DNA of 64,000 nucleotides from an uncultured Chloroflexia bacterium (GTDB lineage: Bacteria > Chloroflexota > Anaerolineae > CG2-30-64-16), in the NCBI GenBank assembly GCA_963774265.1, contig CAVZDU010000002.1, positions 512,001-576,000 on the forward strand. Reading direction: 5' to 3'. Every line of letters starts with the position of its first letter. Position 1 is the first letter of the stretch. Below are positions 1-12,152 of this stretch, piece after piece. The position numbers were made by a program, and so were the translations under genes. The notes below the pieces were generated by a model. That model was not told the origin of the DNA and searched no databases. It saw only the letters and a list, made by a program, of their open reading frames with translations.

Positions 1-1
1 T

Positions 2-3000
2 AACCGCTGGGCGAAACCGTCACTGATCGTGCCCGATAATGCCTGGACGCACCTGGTGGTCACCTATGACAAGGACGCCACCACGAGCGGCCTGGCCAGG
101 TTCTACCTCAACGGGGAGAACAAAGAACAACTGCCCCTCGCTGGGTTTGGGGGGGAGCAGTACCCGAAACCTGCGCCGTGGCTCAGGCATTTCTTCATCG
201 GCGCCAACAACGAGAACCACTATGCAGTGGATGCCTTCTGCGGGACCATCGACGAGGTGGAGATCTTCAACTATGTCCTGAGCGACGATGAGGTGAAGGA
301 GCTGACGAACCGCGCCGTGTCGCTGCGCCTGCGATTCGACGAGCCGCCCGGCGTGACGGCCTTCAACGATACCAGCGCCATGCAGCGCGCGGCTGCCTGC
401 AGCCCCCCGAACTGCCCCACGGCCGGTCTCCCCGGCCGCGACCACCGGTCAGCGGGTTTCAACGTGTCGCCCGGACACAACAGCGACACTCTGGTGCTCC
501 CCAACTCATCGATCAATGGCTTCACCGACCGGCTGACCGTGGCAGCCTGGGTCAGGCTGAGCGCCCTGTCGCCCTTCTACCAGTATATCGCCAGCACCGC
601 GACCAACATGACGCTGGACGGCTGGGGATTCCTTGCGTTCAAAAGCGAGCTCTGTTTCAACATGCTCGGCCGGAACAACTACTGCTCCAGCGGAGCCAAC
701 CTGCAAGCGGGCCGTTGGCACCACGTCGCGGCGGTCCTGGATGGCGGGGCCACCAAGACCCTGCAGTTCTACCTGGACGGCCAGCCGCTCGGCGCGGCGA
801 TCACGGGGATTTCTCCGTCGTATGGGGATACCGCGGACCGGTTCCTTATCGGCAGCGCAACCTCCAGGAGCACCGGGGAGATCACGGATTTGTGGCACGG
901 CCTGATCGACAACCTGACGATCTTCCATCTCGCGCTAACGCCGGCCCAAATCAACGAGACGTACCATCGGGCGCCTGCGCTGCACATGCGGTTCGACGAT
1001 GCCCGCGGCGCCACGGCATTCACCGACGACGCCAACCCGGCCGGATCGGGGACCTGCTCGGGTGCGGGCTGCCCGCTGGCCGGCGAGGGGATCAAGGGGC
1101 AAATGGGCCTGGCAGCCCAGTTCGATGGGCAGATGAACCTGATCACCGTGCCGGATCACGCGGATCTGCACCTTGACCGATTCACCGTCGGCGCCTGGGT
1201 CAAGCCCTCCGCCGCGCAGAGTTCGGTCCCTGGCGAGCTCCACTACGTGTTCCGCAAGACGGACACGGGCGCCGGAAAGCTCCTGGATCTGTACCTCACC
1301 AGTGATCTCAATGCGCACGTCTCCTGGGGCTGCCAGCCCGTCTATCGAGCGGATACGGCGACGTCATTGATCAAGGATCACTGGAACCACGTGATGGCGA
1401 CCTACGACGGAGAACGGCTGTCCATCTACCTCAACGGCGCCCTGAGTGGTTCAGCGCCGGCCAGCGGGACATGCCCCAATGACAGGCCGGTGACCATCGG
1501 CAACGATGGAGCCGCGCCCGGACCGGGCACCGCGCTTGGCGGCCACCTGGATGAGCTCACCGTCTACGGACACGCGCTTTCGGCCCCTGAGATACACGAC
1601 CTGTACACGTACCAGAACGGCTGGATCGAGGACCGCAAGAGCCGTAACCTGACCGTGGACGCGGACGCTCCCACAGCCAGGGTGGTCGTGGCGGATCCGC
1701 CCTACCAGGCCAACTGGCCGGCCCAGGTCCTGATCGAGGCCAGCGATGCAACGTCGGGCGTGGATAAAGTGTGGTTGTGCGTCGGGGGAGAAAACTGCAC
1801 CCTTGCGCCGCACTGCGTCGACCCGGGCAGCGACTCGGCCTGGTGCCCCACCTTCAGCCCGGCCGGGCAGGGCATCTACTCGCTCGACGCCCGCGCCAAC
1901 GACCGGGTGCTTTACAGCGTCATCTCACCTGCCAGGCAGGTTTACGTGGACGATAGTGCGCCGACGGTGAGCCTGGCCGGCCCGGACAACGGCTCCTGGT
2001 ACACGGCTAGGGAGTATTCGGGCAAATCCAACACCTGGACGGTGCACTTCTCGGGCGCTGTCTCCGATCCGGCGTTGAGCGGGAGTGTGGCCGGCAGCGG
2101 CGTGCCGGCCGACGGGGTCCAGGTGACGCTGTTCCGCCGCGGACGGCGGGCTGGTGGGGACCGGCCCGCAGGCGGCCGCGGTGAGCGGTGGAGCCTGGAC
2201 GCTCGACTACCTGTTCGGCGACGCAGATCCGAGCGGCTGCTACAAGGTGGTGATCGAGGCGGTCGACCGGGTGGCGCGGATTGCCGGGCTGCCCGATGCG
2301 CAGGTCGCGCGTCACACGACCGTCGTGGAGCAACAGATCAGCGTGGACGCCGACCCGGCGCACGCCAGCATGGACTGGACCAACCTGCCCGGCGGGCAAC
2401 TCGGCCCGGCGGCAACCCTGCTGGGCGGCGCCGCATCGGCCAGGCCGGTTCCGGTGGCGCTGGCTTTCACGGGCGGAAGCAGCAGCGCACAGACCGGTCT
2501 CGTGCTGTCGTGCCAGCACGGCAACGCGGGCGGTTGGTGGCAGCCATACAACACGAAGGGCGTGACGCTCGCGGCGGGCCAGGCCTACACCTGGGGCCAG
2601 GAAGGCAAGCCCACCATCCATCGGGGCAGCTCGTGCCAGGTCCAGTTGACCACCTCCGCGCCGGGCGACGATCTCAGCGGCAGCGTGACCGTGTGCGGCC
2701 AGGAGGTGCTGGCCTGGAGCGGCGGCTTCGCTGCGCCCGGCAAGACCCTCTCCTTCACGGCTGACTCGACGAACTGCGGCGGCGGCAACGGCTGCCCCGC
2801 GGGCGTGCCGAAGGGCACGGCGGGTGTGAAGGCGGTAGACGTCAGCTTCCTGCCGGTCACGCCCGGCTCGCCGTTCTATAACGAGACGCCGCCTGCCGGG
2901 GAGGCGCTGCACCTGACGATGGATGCCGGCCTGGATGGCGGGGGAAACCCGGTCTTCCCGGACGTGTCGGCCAACAGGCTGACAGGCGCGTGCAGCGGGA

Positions 3001-6000
3001 CAACCTGCCCCGTCGCCGGGCAGTACGGCCACAGCGGCCGCGCGGCGCTCTTCGACGGGGTGGATGACGCGGTGACGCTGCCGAACTTCGGCGCCTTCAC
3101 CCGCGTCACGGCTTCGGCGTGGATCAACCCCTCCCGCATCACGGCGAGCCCGGTGGCGGCCATCTCCTACAAGCATGCCCAGGGGTGCGGCTTCTGGTTG
3201 GGCCTGAGTTGCGACGGCGTGCAGTGCCTCCCGCGGTTCGAGATCCAGATACTGTCGCCTAAGGGCGGCGTTTTCAACACCCCAGTCACCGGCACCGCAT
3301 CGCCGGTGCCGGTGGACGCATGGACGCACCTGGCCGCGACCTACGACGGGGCTGTCATCCGCCTTTACCGGAACGGGCAAGTGGTGGCGGATTCGCAATG
3401 GGCGGGCAGCATGGTGCAGTGTGCGCCGGGAGGCGTGGCCGCGGCCGTGGGCAGCGACCAGTCGGGCAACAGGCGATTCCCCGGGCTGATCGACGATGTC
3501 CGGGTCCTCGACCGCGGCCTGGCCGGCTCGGAGGTGAAGACACTGCTCTACACCGGCTCCGGGCCGGCCTTGGTGCTGCCCTTCGAAAACCAGTGGGCCG
3601 CGGATGGCAGCGCGCTGGGAGACACTTCGGGCTGGCAGCGGGACGCCGTCCTTGCCACCGGCAGCGGAGACGCCGGTGGCAAGGCGGTGACCGGGCAGGT
3701 GGGCCGCTACGCGCTGCAGTTCGACGGTGCGGATGACTACGCGGTCGTGCCCGACGACGACACCATAGACTTCGACACCAACCATGACTTCGCGGTCGCG
3801 GCCTGGATCAGGCCGGCTCCCGTGCAGGTCTGGACCGCCACCGTGGACAACAACGTCATCGAGAAGTGGTCTGGCGCGGGCGGCTATCCCTATTCGATCC
3901 GTTACCTCAACCAGACCGCGGGCGCCAATGCCGGCAAGATCTCCGCAGGTCGTTGGGACGGCCAGAATGATCCCTGGCTTCAGTCGACCGCACGTATCGA
4001 CGATGGCCGCTTCCATCATGTGGCCTTCGTGAAGAGTGGCAGCACCCTGGCTTTCTACGTCGACGGGGCCAGGCAGGGAGAGGGGACCGATACGACAATC
4101 GGCGCCACGGCCAACACCTCGCCGCTGTATCTCGGGCGGCGCGGCGGCACGGCGCTCCAGGGCTACTTCACCGGCAGCGTGGACGACATCCGCATCTACC
4201 CGCGCAGCCTGTCGGCGCCCGAGATCCAGGCCCTCTTCCTGACCGGCTGGCAGCCGGCAACCGTAGCGCAGAGCGGGCCGAATGTCGACAGCACCAGTTG
4301 GCAGATCGGGACGCCCAAGTGGCTGGAAGGCTCCTACCGCATCGAAGCCCGCGGCTGGGACAGCGACGGTCACACGTCACCCCCGCGCAGTCCTGTGCAG
4401 ACCTGGAGCGGCGAGGCGGACACGCTGGCCCCACGGGTGGCGCTGGTGCGCAGCCCGAGCGGCAGCGGCTACCGCTACACCACGACGGCCGAAGACTACA
4501 ACCTGGCGGGGACCGGCTTCGTGACGCCGTGCCCGAGCGACACGGCGACGGTGGCAACAAACTTCCAGTCGCCCTGGTACGTTGCAGCCTACCCGGCCAG
4601 CCCGCGGCTCTACCGGCTGGTCCAGGATTGCACGCTGGCAGCCCAGGCCGCGAGCGAGACCGCGACGGCCTGCGACACCTTCGGCAATTGCGCGACGGCC
4701 AATGTCACGGTCGCCGCGGGCGCGGCGGAGGGCGGACACGCAGGTCCGCCCCAACAGGCAGGTCCGCCCCAACAGGAGCAGGAGGTGGCCGAGGCTGCGG
4801 ACAGGATGAGGCTGGATTCGGAACTCGAGGGCGCGGCGGGCAGGCCTGTACGGCCCGCGCTGGCCTTCGTGCCCACGGTGCTGACGACGACGCACCTGTA
4901 TCCCCCGGCCGTGGTGGACGTCACCGGGCTGGTCACCGGGACGCGCGTCATCGAGAGCTTGGAGGTGAGCGTGGACGGCGCCAGCGGGCCGGCCATTCTC
5001 GCGCCGCCGGTCAGCAGGGATGCCGTGACTACCACCTGGCGCTTCCCCTGGCCGCTCGGCCAGCGCGCCTTGCCCGACGGCATCCAGGTCACGGCAGTGG
5101 TCACCGCGACGCAGCCGGCAGGCGGGGGGCCGGTCACAGAGGCCTCGGCGCCAGGCTCCGGCCAGGCGGCGCCAGACTCCCGCCAGGCGGAGCCGATGGT
5201 GGACGCGGCCCTGGCAGGGCCGATCGTAGCGACCGCGCAGTTGACGGTGGACGTGGCGCCGCCGGGGCCGGTTGCGCTGGCCTTGCAGAGCGGCGGGACG
5301 CCGGTGGAAGCCGGCGATACGGTGAGCGCCACCGCACCGGAGCTGGTCTTGACCTGGCCTGCCGCCACCGACGGCAGCGGGGTGGCGGGATACGAGGTGC
5401 GCTGGAGCGCGGAGAGCGGCGGCGTCACGACGCAGTCCGCGCGCTCCATCGGGCCGGGCGGCCCGTTGGAGGATCGCTACACCGCGGGCGAGGCCCAGAG
5501 GCTGACGGTAGACCTGGCGAGCCGGGATCGCTACGGCAACACGGCCTGGCAGGAGCTGGGGCCGGTCTATGCGGACGGCCCGCTCACACCGGACTACATT
5601 GCCCTGGACGATCGCCCCTACGAAGGCTGGCAGGAGAGCGGTTGCAGCCTCTTGGGCGCAGACCGGCGCGTGGAGCGCCGATTGGACGGGCAGACGCAGC
5701 GGCTGTACGCCACCTGGGACCAGGGGGCGCTGCGGCTGGCCTGGACCGGGGCGAGCTGGAGCGGCGACGGCGACCTGTTCGTGTACCTGGACACCGGGGA
5801 GGGCGGCACGAACGACCTCCACAACCCGGGCGGGCCGGCAGAGGACAGCGGGGCGGTCCACATGTCGAACCAGGCCATGCAGGCCGACTACGTGGTGTGG
5901 GTGCAGGATGCCCGTACTGCGACGCTGCTGCGTTGGGACGGCAGCGGCTGGGTTCCGGCCGGTCCCGGCCTGAAGATGCACTTCGATGCGGGGCGGGAGG

Positions 6001-8375
6001 GCGGCCAGACCGATCTCTACCTGCCCTTCGACCTGATCGGCGCGAGCCCGGCCTCCCCGCTGGGGCTGCTGGCCGTGGCCGCCGAAGAGCCCGTACCAGG
6101 CCAGGAGCTGCGGTTGTGGGCGACCCTGCCGATGTTCAACCCGGTCAACAGCCCGCGGGTCAACCGGATGCTGGCCTTCCTGCCGGCCCTGTCAGAGCTG
6201 TCTCTCAGGCTGGCCTACCGCTGGCCCTCGCTGGGCGACGGCGACTGCCCAAACAGGGGGACCTTTGGCTATTTCGGCGACGTGGATCCGCAGCTCAGCA
6301 TCGAGTCCGACCCGTCGGGCATCGGGCTGAGCGGGCTGGGCCGCGGCCTGTTCTGGTTGACGGAGTCGCTCCTGGCCAACGCGGGGGTGGCGGATGCGCC
6401 GGCGCTGGAGTTCGTGCGGCCCGCGCATCAACCGGTGGATCTCGGGCAGACGATCCACTATACGGTGCGTTACCGCAACGCGGGCACGGAGACGCAGTAC
6501 GGCGTGCGGCTGGCGCTGAACAGCTACGGCGTGGCCCTGGCAAGCAACACGGTCGACCTGGGCGACGTGCCGCCCGGCGCCGAAGCGCAGGCAACGTTCG
6601 ACGGCCAGGTGACCGGGACCGGCCCCAGGGGCAGGTACGCGGCAGTCCATGGCCTGTTGTACGATGCGGCGCATTACGATGCGGCGCACGGGGAGGGGGA
6701 CGCGCTGGAGTGGCTGTGGGCCGCGCATCGCGTCGACCAGGGCGCGCCCGCAACGCTGGACATCAGCCGGCTCGGGCAGACAGTCGGCCCGCGCCTGGCG
6801 GCCCTGACCGGCTTCGCTTTCGATGAATCGGGCGTGCGCAGCATCGAGGTGGAGATCACGGGGCCGAACGGGACGAGGACGATCACGTGCCCGGTCGAGC
6901 GCCCGGCCGAAGGGCGCTGGGGGTGCACCTGGGATATAAGCGGAGGCGCACTGCCGGACGGGACACCGTTCACGCTGCGAGCCCGGGCGATCGACCTCCT
7001 GGGCCACGCGGGCGAGTGGAGCAGTCCGCACACCATGCTGCTGGACGCGCGGCCGCCCGAGCTGCAGGTGAGCTCGCGGCTGACCGAGACGATGGCGTTG
7101 GGCGGAGGGAGCCTGTTCGGGTTCGCGCTGGATGGCAGCGGCATCGCGGGCGTTCAGGCCTGCGTGGACGGCAAGTGCGAGCGAGTGAGCTTGCTGGCCG
7201 CGGATGCGGGCTCGGCGCGCTGGAAATACCGGCTGCCGGCCGGCTCATTCGACTACGACAGCAAGACCCTGACGCTTTATAGCACGGACAAGGTGGGCAA
7301 CCGGACCGAGGCGCTGCAGACCTCCCTGACACTGGACAATGTCCCGCCGCAGCTCCAGGCCACGCAGGTGCTGCTGCAGGAGGCGCTGGGCGAACGGCAT
7401 GTGGTGCTGGAGGGCACGGTGCTGGACGGCGGGCCGGACCCACGGGCATTCGTGCGGGTGCAGGCGCCCGACGGTGCGCAGTCGTGGCAGAACACGGCGC
7501 GCGATGGCGATCGGTGGACGTACGAGCTGGCGGGGGAGATGCCGGGTCGCTACCTGCTGTGGCTGCGTGCCACAGACCAGGCTGGCAACGAGCGAACGAT
7601 GGGACCGTACGCAGTCGATGTAACCTGCACGGATGCGGCATTGGTGACGACGCTGCAGGCGCAGGGAAGCGGGATCGGCAGCGACTACTCGCTGACCGCG
7701 GTGATCACAAACACCGGTCCGGCCGCATTGCCGGCCGGCGTACCGGTGGCGTTCTTTGCCGGCGAGACGCTCCTCGACGCGGGACAGCTCCTGCCGGTGC
7801 TGGAGGCCGGGCAGTCGGGCACGGTCAGCGCTCAATGGACCCGGCCCGGGGCGGACGGCTACGAGCTCAGCGCGGTCGTCAACGAGCCGCAAACCGAGGT
7901 ACTGTGCGCCACGCCGCCCATGGCCAAGGCGTGGGTCGGCACGGATGTGGATCTGCGCATCAGCAAGACGGTGCAGCCCGCGATAGCTGTGCCCGGCTCG
8001 GTGATCACCTACACGCTGGTTTACAGCAACGCAGGCGCGGACCTGGCCACCGGCGTCGTGATCTCCGACCCGCTGCCGCTCGAGATCCTGGCTCCGGCCT
8101 ACCAGTCTACGGGCGCGGAGATCACGCCGGTGGACGGCGCGCCGGACTTCGCCTGGTCGGTGGCGGATCTCGCGGGCGGGGAGGGTGGTCAGATCGTGAT
8201 CACGGGGACCGTCGATCCGGCGGTGACGCCGCCGATGACGCTCACGAACACCGTGACGATCACGGCGCCGTGGGATGCGCCGGACGGCAGCGTGGCCCGC
8301 GTCGAGCTGCGGGTTGTGGACGAAGTCGGACCGCTGGAGCCCAGGGTCTGGCTTCCCTGGGTCGTCCGCCAGTAA
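2..8375 (+). CDS. Giant secreted/surface protein (5' end outside window): repeated LamG/ConA-like jellyroll domains, Ig/FN3-like repeats, CARDB-like and DUF11 domains, C-terminal LPxVxR motif; one frameshift at ~2135
   Basis: ORFs 29..2764 and 2154..8375 join by removing one C in ttccgccgcggac. Repeated LamG signatures WxHxxxTYD...lYxNG...G.IDEv.I, several preceded by C-x3/4-CP-x-AG. DUF11 motif DLRISKTV...PGSVITYTLVYSNAG...ATGVVISDPLP. Ends PRVWLPWVVRQ. Confidence 0.85.
4740..4775 (+). repeat. 18-bp perfect tandem duplication (AGPPQQ x2) in a linker of the giant protein
   Basis: gcaggtccgccccaacag repeated twice. Confidence 0.9.
6660..6689 (+). repeat. 15-bp tandem duplication (YDAAH x2)
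   Basis: tacgatgcggcgcat tacgatgcggcgcac. Confidence 0.85.
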
Positions 8376-8387
8376 GGAACCCGGAGC

Positions 8388-8437
8388 CCAGTGGCTGCCG
8401 CCGGTCTGGCTATGCAAGTGCCGGCGGCAGCCACTGG
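8388..8437. terminator. Perfect 17-bp inverted repeat just after the giant gene (terminator or mRNA-stabilising hairpin)
   Basis: ccagtggctgccgccgg-16 nt-ccggcggcagccactgg; no U-tract. Confidence 0.5.
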
Positions 8438-8730
8438 CGACATCGGCGGCATGGCCTGGATCGTTCGCAACTGCGGCAGGCCGGGGCATGCCCGCGCCCT
8501 GTACTGATCGCTGCTGACCGGGGGAAGCCGCCTCACGCTACACGACTTGAGCGAAGCACACGGCTCAGGATTGAGACACAGTTGCAGTTGAGGCACCTGT
8601 CGGCTAAAATGGAGGTGCGATCGGGGTGATGCACGATCGCAACCCTCGCGTTTGATGTCATTTTTGGTTCTGCCAGCCGACCTATGCCCAGGCGCCGAAC
8701 CCTGGGTTGATCGCCAAGAGGAGAACGACA

Positions 8731-9703
8731 ATGATTGCCGAAGCTCAAATCAGAGATGCCAGGGGAGAATGGCAGCCCCCTTCATTGCCAGTTCCTGGCC
8801 CCCTCTTCTATGGCCCCTGGAAACCTTTGGTCATCCTTAAGCATTTGTGGAATGTGGTCTGGCCCTACAACCTGATCTACGCTGCCGTGGCTTTCGTAAG
8901 TTGGCTGTACCTTACGCCGAGTCTCGAAACCACAGCCCGGTTCGAATTTGGCTGGATCGTCCTGCTGTACTTGCGGAACGTTGCGCTCCTAACGCTCATC
9001 GCAGGCGGACTCCATGTCTGGCTGTATGTCAAGCGGGCGCAGGGCATTCGTTTCAAGTACTCCGACAAGTGGCTGGCGGCCAACGATCGCAAGTTCACGT
9101 TTGGCAACCAGACCCGCGATAATATCTTCTGGAGCCTGGTGAGCGGGTGCATTATCTGGACGGCCTACGAAGCCTTGACACTTTGGGCCTTCTCCAACCA
9201 CATCATTCCCTACCTGGACATGCGCCAACATCCGATCTATGCGGTCTTTCTGACACTCGCTGTCATCTACTTCCGCTACTTTCATTTCTACTTCATCCAC
9301 CGCTTGATTCACTGGAAGCCGCTGTACAAGACTCTGCCACTACCTGCATCACAGGAACATCAACGTGGGGCCGTGGTCCGGGCTCTCGATGCACCCCATC
9401 GAGCACATCTTTTATTTCTCGTGTGTCTTCTTCAACTGGATCGTTCCATCCAGCCCCTTCCATGCAATTTTCAACCTGATGCATGCGGGCGTCAGTCCCG
9501 CGATCGGGCACGTGGGCTTCCACGAGTTGGTGGTCAACGGCGACAAAGCGGTTCCTTCAGACAACTACTTCCACAATCTGCACCACCGGTTCTTTACCGT
9601 CAACTTCGGTGTGGAGGTCTTCCCGCTGGACTGGTGGTTCAAGACCCAGCACGATGGGTCACCGGAGAGCCTGGCGAGGATCAGAGGCAAGAAAATCGCA
9701 TAG
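8731..9703 (+). CDS. Sterol desaturase / fatty acid hydroxylase family protein (frameshift ~9335)
   Basis: His boxes HRLIH, HYLHH and HNLHH; PWSGLSMHPIEH motif; TM segments. Confidence 0.85.
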
Positions 9704-9748
9704 GTAATGGACTGATCTTCACCGGAAGCTAACCCAGTCGATTCTGAG

Positions 9749-10090
9749 TTAGAAAACCAGCCCGCCCCGGATGAAGTCGGTGAACCTCGGTATCGGGAAG
9801 CGGCCCACCAGGTGCGCCTGGGGCAAGGCATGGCTCGTTGCGAGCCGGCGTAGCTTCTGCAGGTCGATCGCCAAGGGGTGAATTTTGACCTCCAAGGCCG
9901 CAGTTGTGGGCACAGTCAGGCCCCCGAGGACAAAGTCAATCTCGTACTCGCTGCCCCGCGCCAGGTAGGAGAGCTCACCGTACGCGCGGAGCTGGTTGAA
10001 GACTGCGTACTCGAAGAGTGCGCCTTCGCCCAACCTGGCCAGCACGCCGGCGATGCCGTTATCATAGAAGTAGAGCTTGCGCCCCGGCGC
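9749..10090 (-). pseudogene. C-terminal fragment of an AAA+ ATPase/DUF4143 protein
   Basis: KLYFYDNGIA...GALFE.AVF..L...EIDFV...ALEVK; the N-terminal ATPase domain is absent. Confidence 0.7.
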
Positions 10091-10233
10091 CGCTACGCGA
10101 TCAGCTCTGTCGCTGCAGGCCGGCACCCGCCGGATAAGGCGTGGTCCTGCCAACCAGAGTCATTCGCACCTCTGCGCTATCAGCCAGTAGGAGCTGCTGG
10201 CACTCGGTTAGGACCTGACCAACAGTCACACAA

Positions 10234-10261
10234 TTGACAGCACGGTGAATTAGCGTATAAT
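10234..10261 (+). promoter_or_regulatory. Consensus sigma70 promoter of the TA operon, with overlapping/adjacent repeats as a candidate operator
   Basis: TTGACA (10234-39), 16 nt, TATAAT (10256-61); ATAAT-cgt-ATTAT inverted repeat and aatcgtat direct repeats. Confidence 0.75.
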
Positions 10262-10309
10262 CGTATTATCAATCGTATGCTGAATTGCTTTTTTCGATGG
10301 CCGAGGTGA

Positions 10310-10582
10310 ATGATGACCGTTGTAACAGCCAATGATCTCAAGACAAAGGGGATCTCCGACATCGAGCGCGCCCTCCAGGATGCCCAGGAGGTCGTGATCA
10401 GTGTCCGGGGCAAGCCGCGCTATGTGGTGATGGACATCACCCACTACGACTATCTGCGCGAGTGCGAGATCGCGGCCGCCTGGGCGCAGACCCGTGAGGA
10501 TATGGCGGCTGGCCGCTATCGGCGAGAGGGCGCCGACGCACACATGGCGCGCGTCAAGGACGAGCTCGCCAATGAGCTATAG
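10310..10582 (+). CDS. Type II antitoxin, Phd/YefM-like
   Basis: 90 aa, TANDLKTKG...VISVRGKPRYVVM; overlaps the toxin start. Confidence 0.8.
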   Translation: MMTVVTANDLKTKGISDIERALQDAQEVVISVRGKPRYVVMDITHYDYLRECEIAAAWAQTREDMAAGRYRREGADAHMARVKDELANEL

Positions 10583-10848
10583 CCTGATCTTCACCGAGAG
10601 CTACCAGAAGCTCGAGAAGCGCTTTCTCAAACGCCACCCGGATTTGCTCGATCGATACCACAAGACGTTGGCCATCCTGGAGCAGGACCCGTTCCACCCT
10701 TCCCTACGGTTGCACGCGCTCGGAAGGGCGTCTTGCCGGACTTCACGCCGTCTCCATCAACCTGCAATATCGCATCACTCTAGAGCTGGAACTGCGCGAG
10801 CAGGAGATCATCCTGGTCAGCGTGGGCAGTCATGGCGAGGTGTATTAG
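10572..10848 (+). CDS. Type II toxin, RelE/YafQ-like (frameshift ~10722)
   Basis: MSYSLIFTESY...DPFHPSLRLHAL / GLHAVSINLQYRI...VGSHGEVY*. Confidence 0.8.
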
Positions 10849-10878
10849 TTCAAAACCATCTTCCTGAAAGGCAGAATC

Positions 10879-10959
10879 GGTAAGGGCATAGGCGAGAAAG
10901 TAACCGCTGTCCTCACGGCCACAACCAGCCGCCGTCCGAATGGCCAGGCCAAAAGCGCT
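10879..10959 (+). repeat. ~81-bp direct repeat, copy A
   Basis: ggtaagggcataggcgagaaagtaaccgctgtcctcacggccacaacc...tggccaggccaaaagcgct; ~7 differences from copy B by eye. Confidence 0.9.
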
Positions 10960-11015
10960 AACCATGAGGACAGCGGTTGCCGGCAGCGCCTCGCTGCAGA
11001 TTGACCATCCGAGTA

Positions 11016-11096
11016 CGCATATGCTGCGACATGCAGGATAATGAGTAGTTAGCAACCAAACCCAGCGGCGCGCAGCTTATGCGCCGGACGTTAGCC
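11016..11096 (+). mobile_element. Degenerate integron attC-like site (right half well preserved)
   Basis: GCAGCTTATGCGCCGGAC-GTTAGCC (L'/R'-like); cgcatatgctgcg (11016-28) pairs 12/13 with cgcagcttatgcg (11071-83). Confidence 0.5.
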
Positions 11097-11137
11097 GGCC
11101 ATTCGCAATATAGGCAAAGAGCGGTAGAAGTCAAAAC

Positions 11138-11581
11138 GTGTATTCGATTCGACAGGCCCAAGAAAGTGATCTTGAATCGATTTGCGATCTTGATGCAGTA
11201 GCACAACAGGATCGTCATCGCCGCGACTTTATCGCACGTGCTATGACTAACGGTAACTGCTACTTGGCGATTGACACTCAGGTGCTTGGCTATGGTGTTC
11301 TCGAATACACCTTCTTCGAGAATGGCTTCGTGTCAATGTTGTATGTGCACCCGAACTACCGAAAGCGCAGCGTCGGCATCCGATTGATGCAGCATCTCGA
11401 AGCAATGTGTCGAACGTCGAAACTATTCACGTCCACCAATCTCTCGAACCTTCCCATGCAATCGCTGCTGGCGAAGTTGGGCTACAGGCTAAGTGGCGTC
11501 ATTCATAATCTGGATGAAGGTGATCCTGAATTGGTGTACGTCAAATACCTGACGCACGACTGGAAGAATGATGAATCGTGA
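11138..11581 (+). CDS. GNAT family N-acetyltransferase
   Basis: LYVHPNYRKRSVG acetyl-CoA motif; TSTNLSNLPMQSLLAKLGY. Confidence 0.88.
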   Translation: MYSIRQAQESDLESICDLDAVAQQDRHRRDFIARAMTNGNCYLAIDTQVLGYGVLEYTFFENGFVSMLYVHPNYRKRSVGIRLMQHLEAMCRTSKLFTSTNLSNLPMQSLLAKLGYRLSGVIHNLDEGDPELVYVKYLTHDWKNDES

Positions 11582-12125
11582 GTCCAAGTACTTCACACTG
11601 AGCATGGAGTCACTCAGGGTCATCGGAGGCTGGGCTGCGGATTGCGCCGAGAGGGCCCTGTCGGTGTATGAGAGGCAGGCTGCTTCAGATTCGCGCCCCC
11701 GTGCGGCGATTGAAGGCATCCGGGGGTTTGCCGATGGGGGAAAGCGCACGGCTCGGTTGCGCTCCCTTGCCTGCGAGGCGAACGCCGCTGCACGTGAGGT
11801 CGGCGATTCCGCTGCAGCTGCCGCGGCTCGCGCCGCTGGCCTTGCGGTAGCCAGCGCCTACACGCACCCCTTGGCGGATGTCCATCAGACCAAGCACGTT
11901 GTCGGTCCGGCGGCCTATGCCGCACTGGCACTTGAGCTCGACCATGGTGGCGATCCAAGTATCGGTGACGGTGAGGTCCGCTGGGCGATTCAGCACGCCC
12001 CCTCCGAAGTACGCGAGGTCTTGCTGCAGATGCCCGCTCGTCAACCGGGCAAGAGTCGGCTGGACACGATCCTCTATGAGCTGGATGCAGGCATCCGCGC
12101 TCGGGCCCTGCCGCGAGACGCCTAA
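11568..12125 (+). CDS. Imm5-like putative immunity protein
   Basis: WAADCAERAL..YE....D.RPRAAI...AAARAAG.A; stop codon lies inside GCCTAAC. Confidence 0.65.
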   Translation: MMNRESKYFTLSMESLRVIGGWAADCAERALSVYERQAASDSRPRAAIEGIRGFADGGKRTARLRSLACEANAAAREVGDSAAAAAARAAGLAVASAYTHPLADVHQTKHVVGPAAYAALALELDHGGDPSIGDGEVRWAIQHAPSEVREVLLQMPARQPGKSRLDTILYELDAGIRARALPRDA

Positions 12126-12152
12126 CAAGCGCTTCAACCTGACAAACCGGCC
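12120..12152 (+). mobile_element. Left half of an attC-like site (R''/L''), truncated
   Basis: GCCTAAC-AAGCGCTTCAACCTGAC-AAACCGGCC with the gene's TAA inside the RYYYAAC box; no complementary right half. Confidence 0.55.

Noticed and set aside
2130-2160. Programmed frameshift in the giant protein
   Set aside because: No slippery heptamer; a single extra C fits the window-wide indel errors.
2007-8629. Long alternative-frame and antisense ORFs (e.g. 2007..4373, 4298..6826, 4377..5981)
   Set aside because: Arg/Gly/Pro-rich shadow ORFs of a high-GC gene with no recognisable motifs.
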